A stretch of DNA of 64,000 nt. Source: an uncultured Planctomycetaceae bacterium (lineage in GTDB: Bacteria; Planctomycetota; Planctomycetia; Planctomycetales; Planctomycetaceae). The notes below the pieces were generated by a model that saw only the letters and a program-made list of their open reading frames with translations, did not search any database and was not told the origin of the DNA. The position numbers were made by a program, and so were the translations under genes. The DNA lies in NCBI GenBank assembly GCA_963813715.1, contig CAWFAK010000013.1:64001-128000 (forward strand), read 5' to 3'. This document shows, piece by piece, positions 29,862 through 41,187 of this stretch (position 1 is the stretch's first letter; the number at the start of each line of letters is the position of its first letter).

Positions 29862-30206
29862 ATGGATTCGCGACTCTTAAGCGGCACTGTCGACCTGCTG
29901 ATTCTCGACGTCCTCGCGCACGAGGCCAGTTACGGCTACGAGATCACGCAGCAGGTGCTCGGACGTTCGAGCGGGTATTTCCAGCTCACCGAAGGCAGTC
30001 TCTATCCCGCCCTGCACCGCCTCGAGCGGCAGCGGCTGGTGAGCGCCTACTGGGAAGAGGTCGACGGCCGGCGGCGCAAGTACTACCGGTTGACCCCGGC
30101 CGGCCGCAAAGAGCTGGCCGCCAAACGTGAGGAGTGGCAGGAGTTCGCCCGCGGCGTCAACGGAGTGCTGGGTGGCGTGCCGGGGGTGGCCAATGGATTG
30201 GCGTGA
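29862..30206 (+). CDS. PadR family transcriptional regulator
   Basis: YGYEI...EGSLYPALHRLE...RRRKYYRLTPAGRKEL. Confidence 0.95.
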   Translation: MDSRLLSGTVDLLILDVLAHEASYGYEITQQVLGRSSGYFQLTEGSLYPALHRLERQRLVSAYWEEVDGRRRKYYRLTPAGRKELAAKREEWQEFARGVNGVLGGVPGVANGLA

Positions 30207-32034
30207 AGCGGCCGCCGGCGGTCTTCCCGCCCCGCGCGATGATGAGCCGGCCAGCCTGCGGCAGAACATCCTCGACGAATTGGCCGACCATCTCGACTGC
30301 GCGCTCGCGCGCGAGCTCTCCAAGAACATCACGCCTGAGGAAGCGATCGCGAACGTCAAACGCCGCTTCGGCGAACCGCGGGACCTGGCGCGTCGACTCT
30401 GGGTGGACGCGATGAAGGATACGATCATGTCGAAGCGACTCACGCTGGCCGCGATGGCATTGATGACGGTGATGTGTCTGTCGTCCGGCTGGATCGCGTG
30501 GAGCGCCCATCGCGCCAGTCAGGAAACGGCCGAATCAATCACTCGCGCCAACGGCGCACTCATCGCACAACTGTCGGCGCTTCTGGCGGTCCGGCCCGCG
30601 CCGGCTGCCAGTGCCGGTCCCGAGCGGGCCGACGTGCATTTCCATTTGATCTGCGACGATGCCCAGAAGTCGCCGGCCAAAGGCTTCAGCGGCAACCTCT
30701 ACCTGTCTGGAGCGGGCTCGTCGCTCAATCCCTTGCTGCGGACCTCCGACGAACAAGGAAACCTGGATTTCGGAATGCTGCCCGCCGGCTCGTACATTCT
30801 TCGCGTGACGGCGCCGTGGAACGAGTTCGCGTTCGTCCCCGTCGAAGTTTCGCCCGCCTTTCCGATTACGTCTCCCATCATCTGCCCGGCCCGGGACTGG
30901 CAGCCGGCCGACGTCCAGTTCGACTTCGAGGGACTACCGTCCCTCAAGGACCGGGACGCGCTGATCGTGTTGCACATTAACGCAGTGCAAGGTCGCATGG
31001 TGGGAGCCAGTTATTCCTGGATGCACGACGCCGAAACCCACGGCCATACCGCGTACGACGTGGTGTTGGACCCGAACGGTCACCTCCTCTATTTCTCGGA
31101 GTGGACTAGCCAGAACAGAATGTCGCAGGGCGTCGGCCGCATGATGCCTCCCCGCTGGGGCGGCTCGTGGCTCGGCAATGCGCCCGGAGTTCAATTGCAG
31201 GCCACGGATCAGTTCTCTTGGCTGGCGGCCGCGCTCAATCAGAAGCCGCAACCGGGCTTTTTCGACAGGCGTTACGAGATCAGCTCAATTACCGTCCTGC
31301 TCGCGCCGGACATTCGCTCGAGGGCCGGAGAAACCCCCGACCCGAGCCACCTCCCTTTCACGCTGCACACGCAGCGCGGTTACACGCCGATTGCCGAGAC
31401 GATGATCTCCCCCGGAAATTCGGAGGCGCCGCCGTTGCAGCCAGTTCACGGACAGAAGAACGTTTGGAGAATTCACCTCTCCCGAAACTTTTCGGCTGAG
31501 GTCGATCGCCTGCTGATGTCGTCCGCCAGTCGTCTACCAGACGCGAAAGACGCCGCCGCGGCAAAGGCGGAATCCACAACGGGGGCCGATTTGCTCAAGT
31601 CGCTCGGCATTGCCACCGCCACCCCCGATCACACGGCCGACGGGCTCACCGGGTTAAAGCTCGGCGCGATCGCGGACAAGCTGCCGGCCAAGTACGCCGG
31701 CTTTCAGGAGGGCGACCTGCTGCTGGGCGTGAACGGTTGGAACGTCAACACCGATCGCGAGCTGGGCGTGGCGGCGCGGGGATATCCGTTGTCCGCCGAC
31801 AAGGCCCGCGCGGCGGCCGCTGCAACGTCGAGCGAGGAGAGTCTGAACGGCGAAGGGATTTCGCCGCAATCGCTCGTCGCGCTCGTTCGTCGGGGCACGG
31901 AGATGATGCTCTATGAAGTGAAGCCTCCCGGCTCGCCGGCTCCCAAGGAGAAGAAAATGATACCGGTCAAACCGGCCGAAAGCATCGTCGTCCCAGGAGG
32001 CTTCCGCAATCGTCGACGGTTGGGGAGCCCGTGA
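30193..32034 (+). CDS. PadR-associated membrane-anchored protein (permease-prefix-like N-domain, one TM, Ig/carboxypeptidase-regulatory-like and PDZ-like extracytoplasmic parts)
   Basis: ILDELADHL...EEAIANVKRRFGEP; TM LTLAAMALMTVMCLSSGWIAW; SDEQGNLDFGMLPAGSYILRV; AGFQEGDLLLGVNG. Confidence 0.7.
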   Translation: MDWREAAAGGLPAPRDDEPASLRQNILDELADHLDCALARELSKNITPEEAIANVKRRFGEPRDLARRLWVDAMKDTIMSKRLTLAAMALMTVMCLSSGWIAWSAHRASQETAESITRANGALIAQLSALLAVRPAPAASAGPERADVHFHLICDDAQKSPAKGFSGNLYLSGAGSSLNPLLRTSDEQGNLDFGMLPAGSYILRVTAPWNEFAFVPVEVSPAFPITSPIICPARDWQPADVQFDFEGLPSLKDRDALIVLHINAVQGRMVGASYSWMHDAETHGHTAYDVVLDPNGHLLYFSEWTSQNRMSQGVGRMMPPRWGGSWLGNAPGVQLQATDQFSWLAAALNQKPQPGFFDRRYEISSITVLLAPDIRSRAGETPDPSHLPFTLHTQRGYTPIAETMISPGNSEAPPLQPVHGQKNVWRIHLSRNFSAEVDRLLMSSASRLPDAKDAAAAKAESTTGADLLKSLGIATATPDHTADGLTGLKLGAIADKLPAKYAGFQEGDLLLGVNGWNVNTDRELGVAARGYPLSADKARAAAAATSSEESLNGEGISPQSLVALVRRGTEMMLYEVKPPGSPAPKEKKMIPVKPAESIVVPGGFRNRRRLGSP

Positions 32035-32067
32035 TTTGTGTGGCTCAAGGTCCGAGCCGGATCGAAA

Positions 32068-32097
32068 TTGACAGCCCGGCCCCGCAAAGTCGACAAT
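32068..32097 (+). promoter_or_regulatory. Putative sigma70 promoter of the DUF1501/heme-protein operon
   Basis: TTGACA-N18-GACAAT, 40 nt upstream of the ATG at 32138. Confidence 0.45.
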
Positions 32098-32137
32098 GGC
32101 CCGCGTTGCTGATCACTCACGCGCGGCGAGCGGATCG

Positions 32138-33549
32138 ATGTGGAACGTCTGGGGAGGTCGGGCCCGACTTTGCGATGGACTGACGCGGCGCGAAGTGCTC
32201 CGCATCGGCGGCCTCAGCGCATTCGGGTTATCGCTGCCTCATTTGTTGCGCGGCCAGGCCCAGGCTGCGGCGAGCAGCCGTCCCCTCCCCGTGACCAGCC
32301 GGCGCGGGCCAAGAGTTGCATCGTTCTGTTCCTGATGGGCGGTCCGCCGCAGCATTCACTGTGGGATCCCAAGCCGGATGCTCCGGCCGAAATCCGCGGC
32401 GAGTTTGCCCCCATCACCACCAGTGTGCCCGGATTGCATTTGGGCGAGCTGTTGCCGCAGACCGCGCGGCAGGCCCAGCACCTCTGCGTGTTGCGGGCCG
32501 TGTCGAGCGGCGACAACGCTCATTCCTCCAGCGGTTATTACATGCTCACCGGCCGGCCGCACACGCCGACCAATTTCGAGAACGCCAATCCCGGCGCGCC
32601 GAACGATTTTCCGAGCCTGGGCGGCGTCGTGCGGGCGATGAATCCGACGCACGGCGCAGTGCCGCCCGCGATCACGTTGCCCCATCACATCTTTAATACC
32701 AACGGCAGCGTCTGGCCCGGACAGGACGCGGGCTTTCTGGGCCGGGCCGTCGATCCTTGGCTGGTCAACTGTGTGCCCAGTGCCGAGCCGTTCCGCATCG
32801 AAGGCCTGAGCCTGCCCCGCGAAATTCCCGCGCTGCGCATGTCACGTCGGCAATCGCTGCTCGCGCAATTCGACCAGCAGTGCGCGGCCGTACTGCGATC
32901 CGATCTGCTCACCGCCTTCGATGCCGACACGCGGCAAGCCTTCGATCTGCTCTCCTCCGGGCGATCCGCTCAGGCCTTTCGGCTCGACGACGAACCGCAG
33001 AAGATTCGCGATCGCTACGGTCGTTCGCCCTTCGGCCAAAGCGTGCTGTTGTCGCGGCGGCTGGTCGAGGCTGGCGTGAAACTCGTGCAAGTGAACTGGT
33101 ATCGCTCGGCCGACGAGCCGATGGCCAACCCCTGTTGGGACAGCCACACGGACGAAGCCCGCCGGCTGCGGACCGCGCTCGCGCCGGCCACCGATCAGGC
33201 TTACTCGGCTCTGCTCGAGGATCTTGCCCAGCGCGGCTTGCTCGAGGAAACGCTCGTGGTCTGCATGGCCGAGTTCGGCCGGAGCCCCCGGATCAACGCG
33301 GCAGCCGGCCGCGACCACTGGGGCTCGGTCTATTCGGTCGCTCTTGCCGGCGGCGGCGTCCGCGGCGGACAAGTCTACGGCGCCTCCGACGCCATCGGCG
33401 GCCAACCTCGCGAAGGCCGCGTCCGCCCCGAAGAACTGACGGCCACCGTCTTCGACTGCCTCGGCTACCGGCCGGAAACTCTCGTCCACGATTCGCTCGG
33501 CCGCCCGCTGCCGATCAGCACCGGCGAACCGATCGCCGCCATCTTCTAA
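32138..33549 (+). CDS. DUF1501 family protein with a Tat-like leader (frameshift near 32300)
   Basis: CDGLTRREVLRIGG in ORF 32096-32335; AKSCIVLFLMGGP, WDPKP, EFGRSP and GRDHW in ORF 32140-33549. Confidence 0.9.
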
Positions 33550-33551
33550 TA

Positions 33552-33654
33552 GTCCAAGGTCCGAAGTCCAAGGTCCAAAATCGGAAAAATAACTGGAATG
33601 CGCGCCTGCCCTGTTGATTCGCGACGTTGGACCTCGGACCTTGGACTTTGGACT
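33552..33654. repeat. Inverted pair of heptamer tandem arrays (GTCCAAG)n ... (TTGGACY)n
   Basis: GTCCAAG GTCCGAA GTCCAAG GTCCAAA at 33552-33579; TTGGACC TCGGACC TTGGACT TTGGACT at 33627-33654. Confidence 0.85.
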
Positions 33655-36600
33655 TGTGCTGGCTGATCGCCTGCCGTCGCTGCTCTCGGCTCGCGCGTCG
33701 GCCAGCGAGGTCACGCTCAACGGCCACGTCTTCACGCTTCCCGACGGCTTCGAGATCGAGCTGATCGCCGGGCCGCCACTGGTTAATCGGCCGATTACCG
33801 GCGCGTTCGATGAACAGGGGCGGCTCTACGTTGCCGATTCGTCAGGATCGAACGATCCGGTCCAAAAGCAGCTGGCCGAGCGACCGCATCGCATTTTGCG
33901 GCTCGAGGACACCGACGGCGACGGCCGGTTCGATCGCCACACCGTGTTTGCCGACAAGATGATGTTCCCCGAGGGGACGATGTGGCTGGACGGTTCGCTC
34001 TACGTTTCCGCCGCTCCCACCATCTGGAAGCTGACCGACACCAACGGCGACGGCGTGGCCGATCGTCGCGAGGAGTGGCTCACCCGCACGCTCACCGGCT
34101 GCGCAAACGATCTGCACGGCCCCTACCCCGGTCCCGACGGTTGGATCTATTGGTGCAAGGGAGCCTTCGCCCGCCAGACCTACCAGTTGCCGGGGCACGA
34201 GCGGGTGGCTTCGGCCGCGGCCCACATCTTTCGCGCGCGGCGTGACGGCTCCGGGCTCGAGCCGGTGATGACCGGCGGCATGGATAACCCGGTCGACGTC
34301 GTTTTCACGCCCGGCGGCGAGCGGATCTTCACGACGACGTTCCTGGTGCATCCGCAGGAGGGCCAGCGCGACGGGCTGATTCATGCCATCTATGGCGGCG
34401 TCTACGGCAAGGATCACCACGTCATCAATGGGCACCCGCGGACCGGCGACCTGATGCCGCCGCTGGTGCACCTCGGTCCCGCGGCCCCCTGCGGCCTCGT
34501 CCGTTACGAATCGACGGCGTTCGGCAAGCGATTACCGCGACAATCTCTTCGCCTGCTGCTTCAACATGCGGAAGATCACGCGGCACGTGCTGACGCCGGA
34601 CGGCGCCACGTTCCAGGCCGCGACCACCGACTTCCTCGTCTCCAACAATCTCGATTTTCATCCGACCGATATTTTGGAAGACGCCGACGGCAGCCTGATC
34701 GTGATCGACACGGGCGGCTGGTACAAACTCTGCTGCCCCACGTCGCAGCTCTGGAAGCCCGATATCCTCGGAGGCATCTATCGCGTTCGCCGCAAAGGCT
34801 CGCCGAAGATCGACGATCCGCGCGGCCTGAAGCTCGGTTGGAAGATGGCTTCACTCGAGTCGATCTCCAATCGCCTGAAAAGCCCTCAGCCGGTACTCGA
34901 CCCGGAGGTCGATTCGCTCGAATCGCTGGCGAAACGGCTGGGCGATCCGCGGCCCGTGGTTCGTCACCGGGCGATTGAGGAGTTGGGAACGCGCGGCGCG
35001 CACGCCGTGCCGATACTCGCCGCGGTGCAGAAAGGACCGAGCATCGAGGCTCGCCGCAATGCACTGTGGGCATTGGTGCGGATCGACGAGCCGGCTGCCC
35101 GCGCCGCGGTTCGTGCCGGGCTTTCCGATCCGGATGAAACGGTTCGCCAGGTCGCGGCCCATTGTGTCAGCTTGCTCCGCGATGCCGCGGCCGTTCCTCA
35201 GCTCCTCGAATTGCTCAAACAGAACGATCCGCAGAATCAGCGAGTCGCCGCCGAAGCCCTCGGCCGGATTGGCGACAAGTCGGCGGTGAAGCCGCTCTTG
35301 GAAGCGGCCGGCCGATTGTCGACGCCTCCGTCGCTCGTGGCAGTCGCTGGACAGCCACCGTTTGAACCAGTCTGGGTACCGCATTGGCCGGAGGCACGCA
35401 TCCTCGAACACTCACTGGTTTATGCCCTGATCGAGATTGCCGATCCGACTGGGACTCGCGCGGGCCTTGCCAGCAACGATGCGTCCATCCAGCATGCCGC
35501 AGTCATTGCCCTCGATCAGATGCCGGGCGGCGGATCGGATCCCAAAGCGGTCTTCGCCTTGTTGACATCGTCTCAGCCTTGGCTCAAGCAGGCTGCTTCT
35601 TGGATCATCGGACGGCATCCTGAATGGGGCGATGCCTTGGCTGGCAATCTGCGTGAAAGGATGGCGAAAGCGGGCGACAGCTATTCTGAATGGAACGAAA
35701 TCGAGCCCTACCTCGCGCAATTCTCGGGAAGTGACGCCGTGCAGGCGCTGCTGGCCAAAGCGCTCGCGGATCCGCATCCGTCGCGCGCGGCCCGGATCGC
35801 CGTCCTTAATGCGATGCTCGCGGCGAAGCCCAAGCAGTTGCCGTCGGCTTGGGTCGACGCCCTGTTGCCTTTGCTCAAGCAAAACGACTTCTTCCTCGCC
35901 GGCAGCGTGGTCCCGATTTTCCGGTCAACTCCGCCTGGCAAGGACCGGACTGCCGCGACGGGGGCGGCGCTGATCGAGCTGGCAAATCTGCCCAACGTGC
36001 CGAGCGACATCCGGCTCGATGCACTCGCTGCCGTTCCCGGAGGGTTGCCGCAGGTCGACGCGTCCACCTTTGCGTTTCTGCGAGCGAACCTCAATCCGGA
36101 GCTGCCCGTCGCGACGCGGGCAGCCGCGGCCGGAGTGTTGTCGACCGCTCGGTTGACTTTGTCGCAGCTGTCCGAACTGACCGACTCGCTCAAAACGGTC
36201 GGACCGCTCGAGATCGATCGCTTGCTCGCGGCTTACGAAAACTGCGCAGACGAAGCGATCGGGCTCAAGCTGATTGCCGCGCTGAAGGCCTCGCCCACGC
36301 TGGGGGCGCTGCGGGTCGACTCGGTCGAGCGGCGGATCAAACAGCAGCCGGCGTCAGTGCACGCGCAGGCCGAGCAGCTCTATCGGCTGATCAATGTCGA
36401 CATCGAGAAACAACGGCAGAAGATCGCGGACATGCTGCCGTTGGTCCACCGGGGGGATGTGCGGCGAGGCCAGCAAGTCTTCGCCCGCACGACCGTCGCC
36501 TGCACGGCGTGCCATCAGTTCGGCTACAAGGGGGGACACATTGGCCCCGATCTCACCAACATCGGCAAGATTCGAGCCGAGCGGGACTTGCTCGAAGCCA

Positions 36601-36869
36601 TCCTCTATCCGAGCGCCAGTTTCGTGCGGAGCTTCGAGCCGGTCCAAGTGGTGACCAAGGCGGGCAAGGTCTATAACGGCCTCGAGCGGTCCGGCGCGGC
36701 GGACGAGATCGTGCTGGTGACGAGCGCGACCGAAACCGTCCGCGTGTCCCGCGACCAGATCGAAGAGATGCGGCCGGGCACCGTATCGGTGATGCCGGCC
36801 GGCCTCGACAAGCAGCTCTCGCAGCAAGATCTGGCCGACCTGGTCGCCTTTCTAGCCCACGCGAAGTGA
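33614..36869 (+). CDS. PVC-type heme-binding CxxCH protein (beta-propeller dehydrogenase-like domain, HEAT repeats, cytochrome c); frameshift near 34530, start uncertain
   Basis: LPDGFEIELIA, LEDTDGDGRFD, FHPTDI, HEAT-like repeats, CTACH, IGPDLT, SVMPAGL. Confidence 0.9.
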
Positions 36870-36876
36870 GACGGCG

Positions 36877-38142
36877 GTGAAAACCGGGCCTAACTCGCGA
36901 TGTGTGCCTGGTCGCCCGATCGCCTGGTGGCTGGCCATTTGTGTTGGCCTTGCGCTGTGCGCGGACTCGCGTGCGAGCGCGGCCGACGACCTACAACCGG
37001 TGACGAGCGTCACGCCGGATGCCGCGTGGACCGCGGTCTTCGATCGCACCGACGGCTGGACCGGGGCCGACTGTGCGGGCTCTGTGGATCTCGGCGATGG
37101 CCGCACGCTGTGGGTGTTCGGCGACACGTGGCTCGGCAAGATCCGCGACGGCAAACGTCAACCCGGCGCGACGATGGTCAACAACTCGATCGCCGTCCAT
37201 CCGACGGACAAGTTGGCTCCGTGGCGTCCCCCCGACCCTCGCCGCGTGCAATTCGTCTGGGGAGTGGACAACAAAGACGGGAAGCCGACCGCTTGGGCTG
37301 TGCCGCCGGTGATCGCAGGCGATGCAGCATCCGCGCACGATTGGCTCTGGTGTAACGGCGGTGGCGTTGTGGGCATGGGCCCGCGCGGAAAGGAGCAGCG
37401 GCTCGTCGTCTTTTTCTTTCGTGTCCGCCACAACCCGCACGGTCAAGGCGTGTGGGCATTCACCACCGTCGGGACATGCCTGACCGTCATCGACAACGTG
37501 GGCGATCCGCCGGAGCGCTGGCGGCCCAAGTTTTACGATCTGCCCCGCACGTCGGCCGGCGTCTCGAATGACGGTCGCGAGATCTTGTGGGGACTGTCGG
37601 CCAGCCGCGAGGGGGCCGCTTCTCACCACGAGGACCACCTGCGCATTTTCGGCACGCTGCGAAGGGGCCGGTTCGAGATGTCGTTGGTGCTGGCCCGCGC
37701 GACGTCCGCCACGATCGATCGGCTCGAACTCGAGTTCTTCGACGGGACGGTGTGGCGGCCGAACTGTGAGGCCTGCGCCAAGCCACTCGCCGGCGGACTC
37801 GTCAGCGAGTTCTCGGTCGAAGAGATGAACAACGCTGGCAAGCCGACTTGGGTGCTGATTCAAAGCGAACCGTTTCTCGGCAAACGCATTTTCGCCCGCA
37901 CCGCCCCAAAGCCCGAGGGCCCCTGGTCGCTCCGGCGGACCATCTACACCGTTCCCGACGTCGCGGCGAGCCGTGCCTACTTCACGTACGCAGCCAAGGG
38001 GCACGCGGCCCTCTCGCGGCCCGGCGAGCTGTTGGTGACGTTCCTCGTCAACTCGCAGAATTTCGCCGACGTGGTCCGCGACACGACGATCTATCACCCC
38101 AAGTTCCTGCGGGTGCCGCTCAGCGCGGTTTTGGGACGCTAG
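36877..38142 (+). CDS. Exported beta-propeller-like protein (DUF4185/DUF5005-like)
   Basis: Signal peptide; GWTGAD, TLWVFGDT, MVNNS, APKPEGPWS, YAAKGH. Confidence 0.7.
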   Translation: MKTGPNSRCVPGRPIAWWLAICVGLALCADSRASAADDLQPVTSVTPDAAWTAVFDRTDGWTGADCAGSVDLGDGRTLWVFGDTWLGKIRDGKRQPGATMVNNSIAVHPTDKLAPWRPPDPRRVQFVWGVDNKDGKPTAWAVPPVIAGDAASAHDWLWCNGGGVVGMGPRGKEQRLVVFFFRVRHNPHGQGVWAFTTVGTCLTVIDNVGDPPERWRPKFYDLPRTSAGVSNDGREILWGLSASREGAASHHEDHLRIFGTLRRGRFEMSLVLARATSATIDRLELEFFDGTVWRPNCEACAKPLAGGLVSEFSVEEMNNAGKPTWVLIQSEPFLGKRIFARTAPKPEGPWSLRRTIYTVPDVAASRAYFTYAAKGHAALSRPGELLVTFLVNSQNFADVVRDTTIYHPKFLRVPLSAVLGR

Positions 38143-38294
38143 TCGGCAAATCTGCGGGCGGCCGCAAATTCCGCTCATCTTGCCTAACCGGTCCTGCCGA
38201 TCTTTTAAATGAGGCTGCGCGACCGGTCCGTCCCGATTGGGCTCAAGTCGCGGCGAGACTGCGACATGAGCAGGCGGCACAGGGAGGGCCGGGC

Positions 38295-40288
38295 TTGATC
38301 GTTGCCTGTTTGCAAGAGGCCCTGCGGCACCATCAGGCCGGCCGGCTCGCCGAGGCCGAGGGGCTTTACCGCCGCGTGCTCTCCGTCGATCCCCAGCAGG
38401 CCGACGCGCTGCACCTCTTGGGAATGGCGGCGCAGACGCGGGGCCGACTGGACGAGGCCCACCAGCTCGTCAGCCGGGCCGTCGAGCTCAAGCCGGCCGA
38501 GGCGATTTTCATTTCCAATCTGGGCGTCGTGCTCGAAGCGCAGGGGCGTTTTCGCGAGGCCGAGGCCGCCTATCGCCGGGCGCTCGAGCTCAATCCGCGG
38601 CACGCCGAATCGATCAACAATCTGGGCAACATCCACCGTTCGGCCTGGCGGATCGCATGAAGCCGCACGGGCGTATCGCGCGGCCCTCGAGCAGCGGCCC
38701 GACTTTGCGATGGCCCACGGGAACCTGGGCACCACGTTCGCCGACCGGCAGAAATTCGACGAGGCGATCGCCTGCTACCGCCGGGCGCTGGCGCTCGACG
38801 ATCGATTGCCCGAACGCGCGCAAGAACCTTGCGGTGGCGTTGGCCGATCAGGGGCATTTTTCGGAAGCCAGCGACGAGTTGAGCCGGGCCCGTGTGCAGA
38901 ACCCGGACGACAGTGGCCTCAAGATTCGCCAGGCGCTCCTGCTGCCGGTGATTTCCGCATCAGTGGCGGCGATCGACGAGCGCCGCGGGCAACTCGAGAC
39001 CGACCTGGACCGCCTGCTCAAAGACGATCTGCACGTCCGCGATCCGCTGACCGAGACGCCAGGGCCCGCGTTTTATCTGACTTATCACGGCCGCAACGAC
39101 GTCGGACTGCAGCGAAAAATCGCCGCCGTCTATTGCCGGGCCGTGCCTTCGCTCGACTTTACGGCGCCGCATTGTCGCAGCGGACGCGCGACGGGGCATT
39201 CGCCTCTCCGCGTGGGATTGATTTCACGATTTTTCTATCGGCATTCGGTCGCCGACCATTATGCCGGGCTGCTGCGGGCCTTCCCTCGCGACCAGGCGCG
39301 ATACACGCTGTTGCGGGTGACGGGGCCGGAAGACGAAGTCTCGCGGGCGATCGACGCCTCGGCCGACCGCGTCGTCCGCCTCTCCACGCATCTCGCCGAG
39401 GCCCGCGAGCAGGTGGCCGCCGAAGAGCTCGACGTTCTCTTCTACACGGACATCGGCATGGATCCGTGGACGTACTTTCTGGCCTTCTCGCGATTGGCCC
39501 CCGTGCAATGCGCGACGGTTGGTCAGCCGGGCACGACGGGGATTCCCAACGTCGACTACTTCGTATCGTCGGACCGGCTCGAGCCCGTGTGCGGACAATC
39601 GCACTACTCCGAACGGCTCGTGCGTCTGCGGGATATCCCACACGTTTTCGAACGGTCGCGGATGCCCGAGAATCCGCTCGACCGCGGCGGCATTCCGCTG
39701 CCAGCCGACGCCCGCTGGTACGTCTGCCAGCAGACACTGTTCAAGATTCATCCGGAATTCGATTTCGTGCTCGGAAACATCCTGCGGCGCGATCCGGCGG
39801 GCATCGTTGTGCTGTTCGAGGGGCAAGTGTCGACGTGGAAGGCCTTGCTGCAGGAACGGCTACGGCGGTCGATTCCCGATGTCGTTGATCGCGTGATGTT
39901 TTTGCCGCGATTAAAGCGTGACGAATATTTCGGGCTGATCGCCCAGGCCGACGTGCTGCTTGACACGATGCACTACGGTGGCGGCACGACGGCCATGCAC
40001 GCCCTGGCCCTGGGGACGCCGCTCGTCAGTCTTGCCGGCGAATTCAATCGCGGCCGCGTCGCCCAGGCGCTCTTTCAAAGGATGGGAATCTTGGATTGCC
40101 TGGCAACGACGCCGAACGACTACGTCGACCGCGCGGTTCGCCTCGCCAACGAGCGCGGGCTGCGCGAGTCGCTGCGTGGGCGAATCCTCGAACGCTGCGG
40201 CGTCTTGTTCTCGAACCCGGCGCCCGCGGCCGAGCTGGAGGCGTTCTTCGTCGACGCGGTGCGACGCTCAAGCGCAGGTGCCGCATGA
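38295..40288 (+). CDS. TPR-containing GT41 O-GlcNAc-transferase-like (SPINDLY family) glycosyltransferase (frameshifts near 38645 and 38815)
   Basis: TTG start with AGGGAGG RBS; TPRs across three frames; catalytic region RVGLIS...HSVA, RLAPVQC, GTTG, LFKIHP, DVLLDTMHYGGGTT. Confidence 0.88.
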
Positions 40289-41187
40289 GCGGTTACCGGA
40301 GCGGCGAGTACGCGGCGGCCCTGGTCGATTTGGGCCGACCCGTCGAGTTGCCGCACTGTAGCGGCTGGCTGCTCGAGCGGACAATCGCCGGCACCGATCA
40401 AGGCGATGCGATCGGCCCGTATCCGCTCTTTGGCTGCCGCCGCTGGGCCGAACTGCCGCGTGATCTGGACCGGTTGCGAACCCGGGTGGTGGCCGTGGCG
40501 CTCGTGCCCGATCCGTTCGGCGACGCGCCGGCTGATCTGACGGCCTGCTTTCCGGATGTCTGCCGGCCGTTCAAGGAACATTTCGGCGTCGATTTCTCTC
40601 GCGATTGGCGGGCCGCGATCTCACCCCATCATCGCCGCAACGTGCGGGCCGCGGCGCGGAGTGTCGAAGTCGAGCGCTGCGTCGATCCCCGCGCGCAGCT
40701 GGAAACGTGGTGCGAGCTCTACCAGCAGCTCGCGACGCGACACACGCTCTGCGGCCCCGCGAATTTCTCGCAAGCGAGCTTCGAGCGGCAGCTGACCGTG
40801 CCGGGGATCACCGTGTTTCGCGCCGCGTCTGAAGGAAAAACCGTGGCGATGGCCCTCTGGTATCGCGATGGCGACGTGGCTTACTACCACTTGGGCGCCT
40901 GCGACGCGCGAGGCTACGAGCTGTCCGCGATGTTCGCCTTGTTCGACGTCGCGTTAGGCCACTTTGCCGCCTGGGGCGCGCGCTGGGCCCAACTCGGCGG
41001 TGCGGCCGGCTGGCAGGGAGCGGGCGGCGGATTAGCCCGGTTCAAGGCCGGCTGGTCCAACGAACGGCGAACGGCCTGGTTCTGCGGCCGCGTGCTCGAC
41101 CGGCTCGCCTATGAGCGACTGCTGAGCGGGCGGACCGAGCGGCCGGGCGAGTTTTTCCCTGCCTATCGACGACCGGAGGCCGCGTGA
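40285..41187 (+). CDS. GNAT-fold (FemAB/CelD-like) acyltransferase
   Basis: HRRNVRAA, AYYHLGA, QLGG, GLARFKAGW; ATGA overlap with the upstream gene. Confidence 0.8.
   Translation: MSGYRSGEYAAALVDLGRPVELPHCSGWLLERTIAGTDQGDAIGPYPLFGCRRWAELPRDLDRLRTRVVAVALVPDPFGDAPADLTACFPDVCRPFKEHFGVDFSRDWRAAISPHHRRNVRAAARSVEVERCVDPRAQLETWCELYQQLATRHTLCGPANFSQASFERQLTVPGITVFRAASEGKTVAMALWYRDGDVAYYHLGACDARGYELSAMFALFDVALGHFAAWGARWAQLGGAAGWQGAGGGLARFKAGWSNERRTAWFCGRVLDRLAYERLLSGRTERPGEFFPAYRRPEAA

Noticed and set aside
33552..33654. Possible CRISPR array
   Set aside because: Units are 7 bp with no unique spacers, and no cas genes are present
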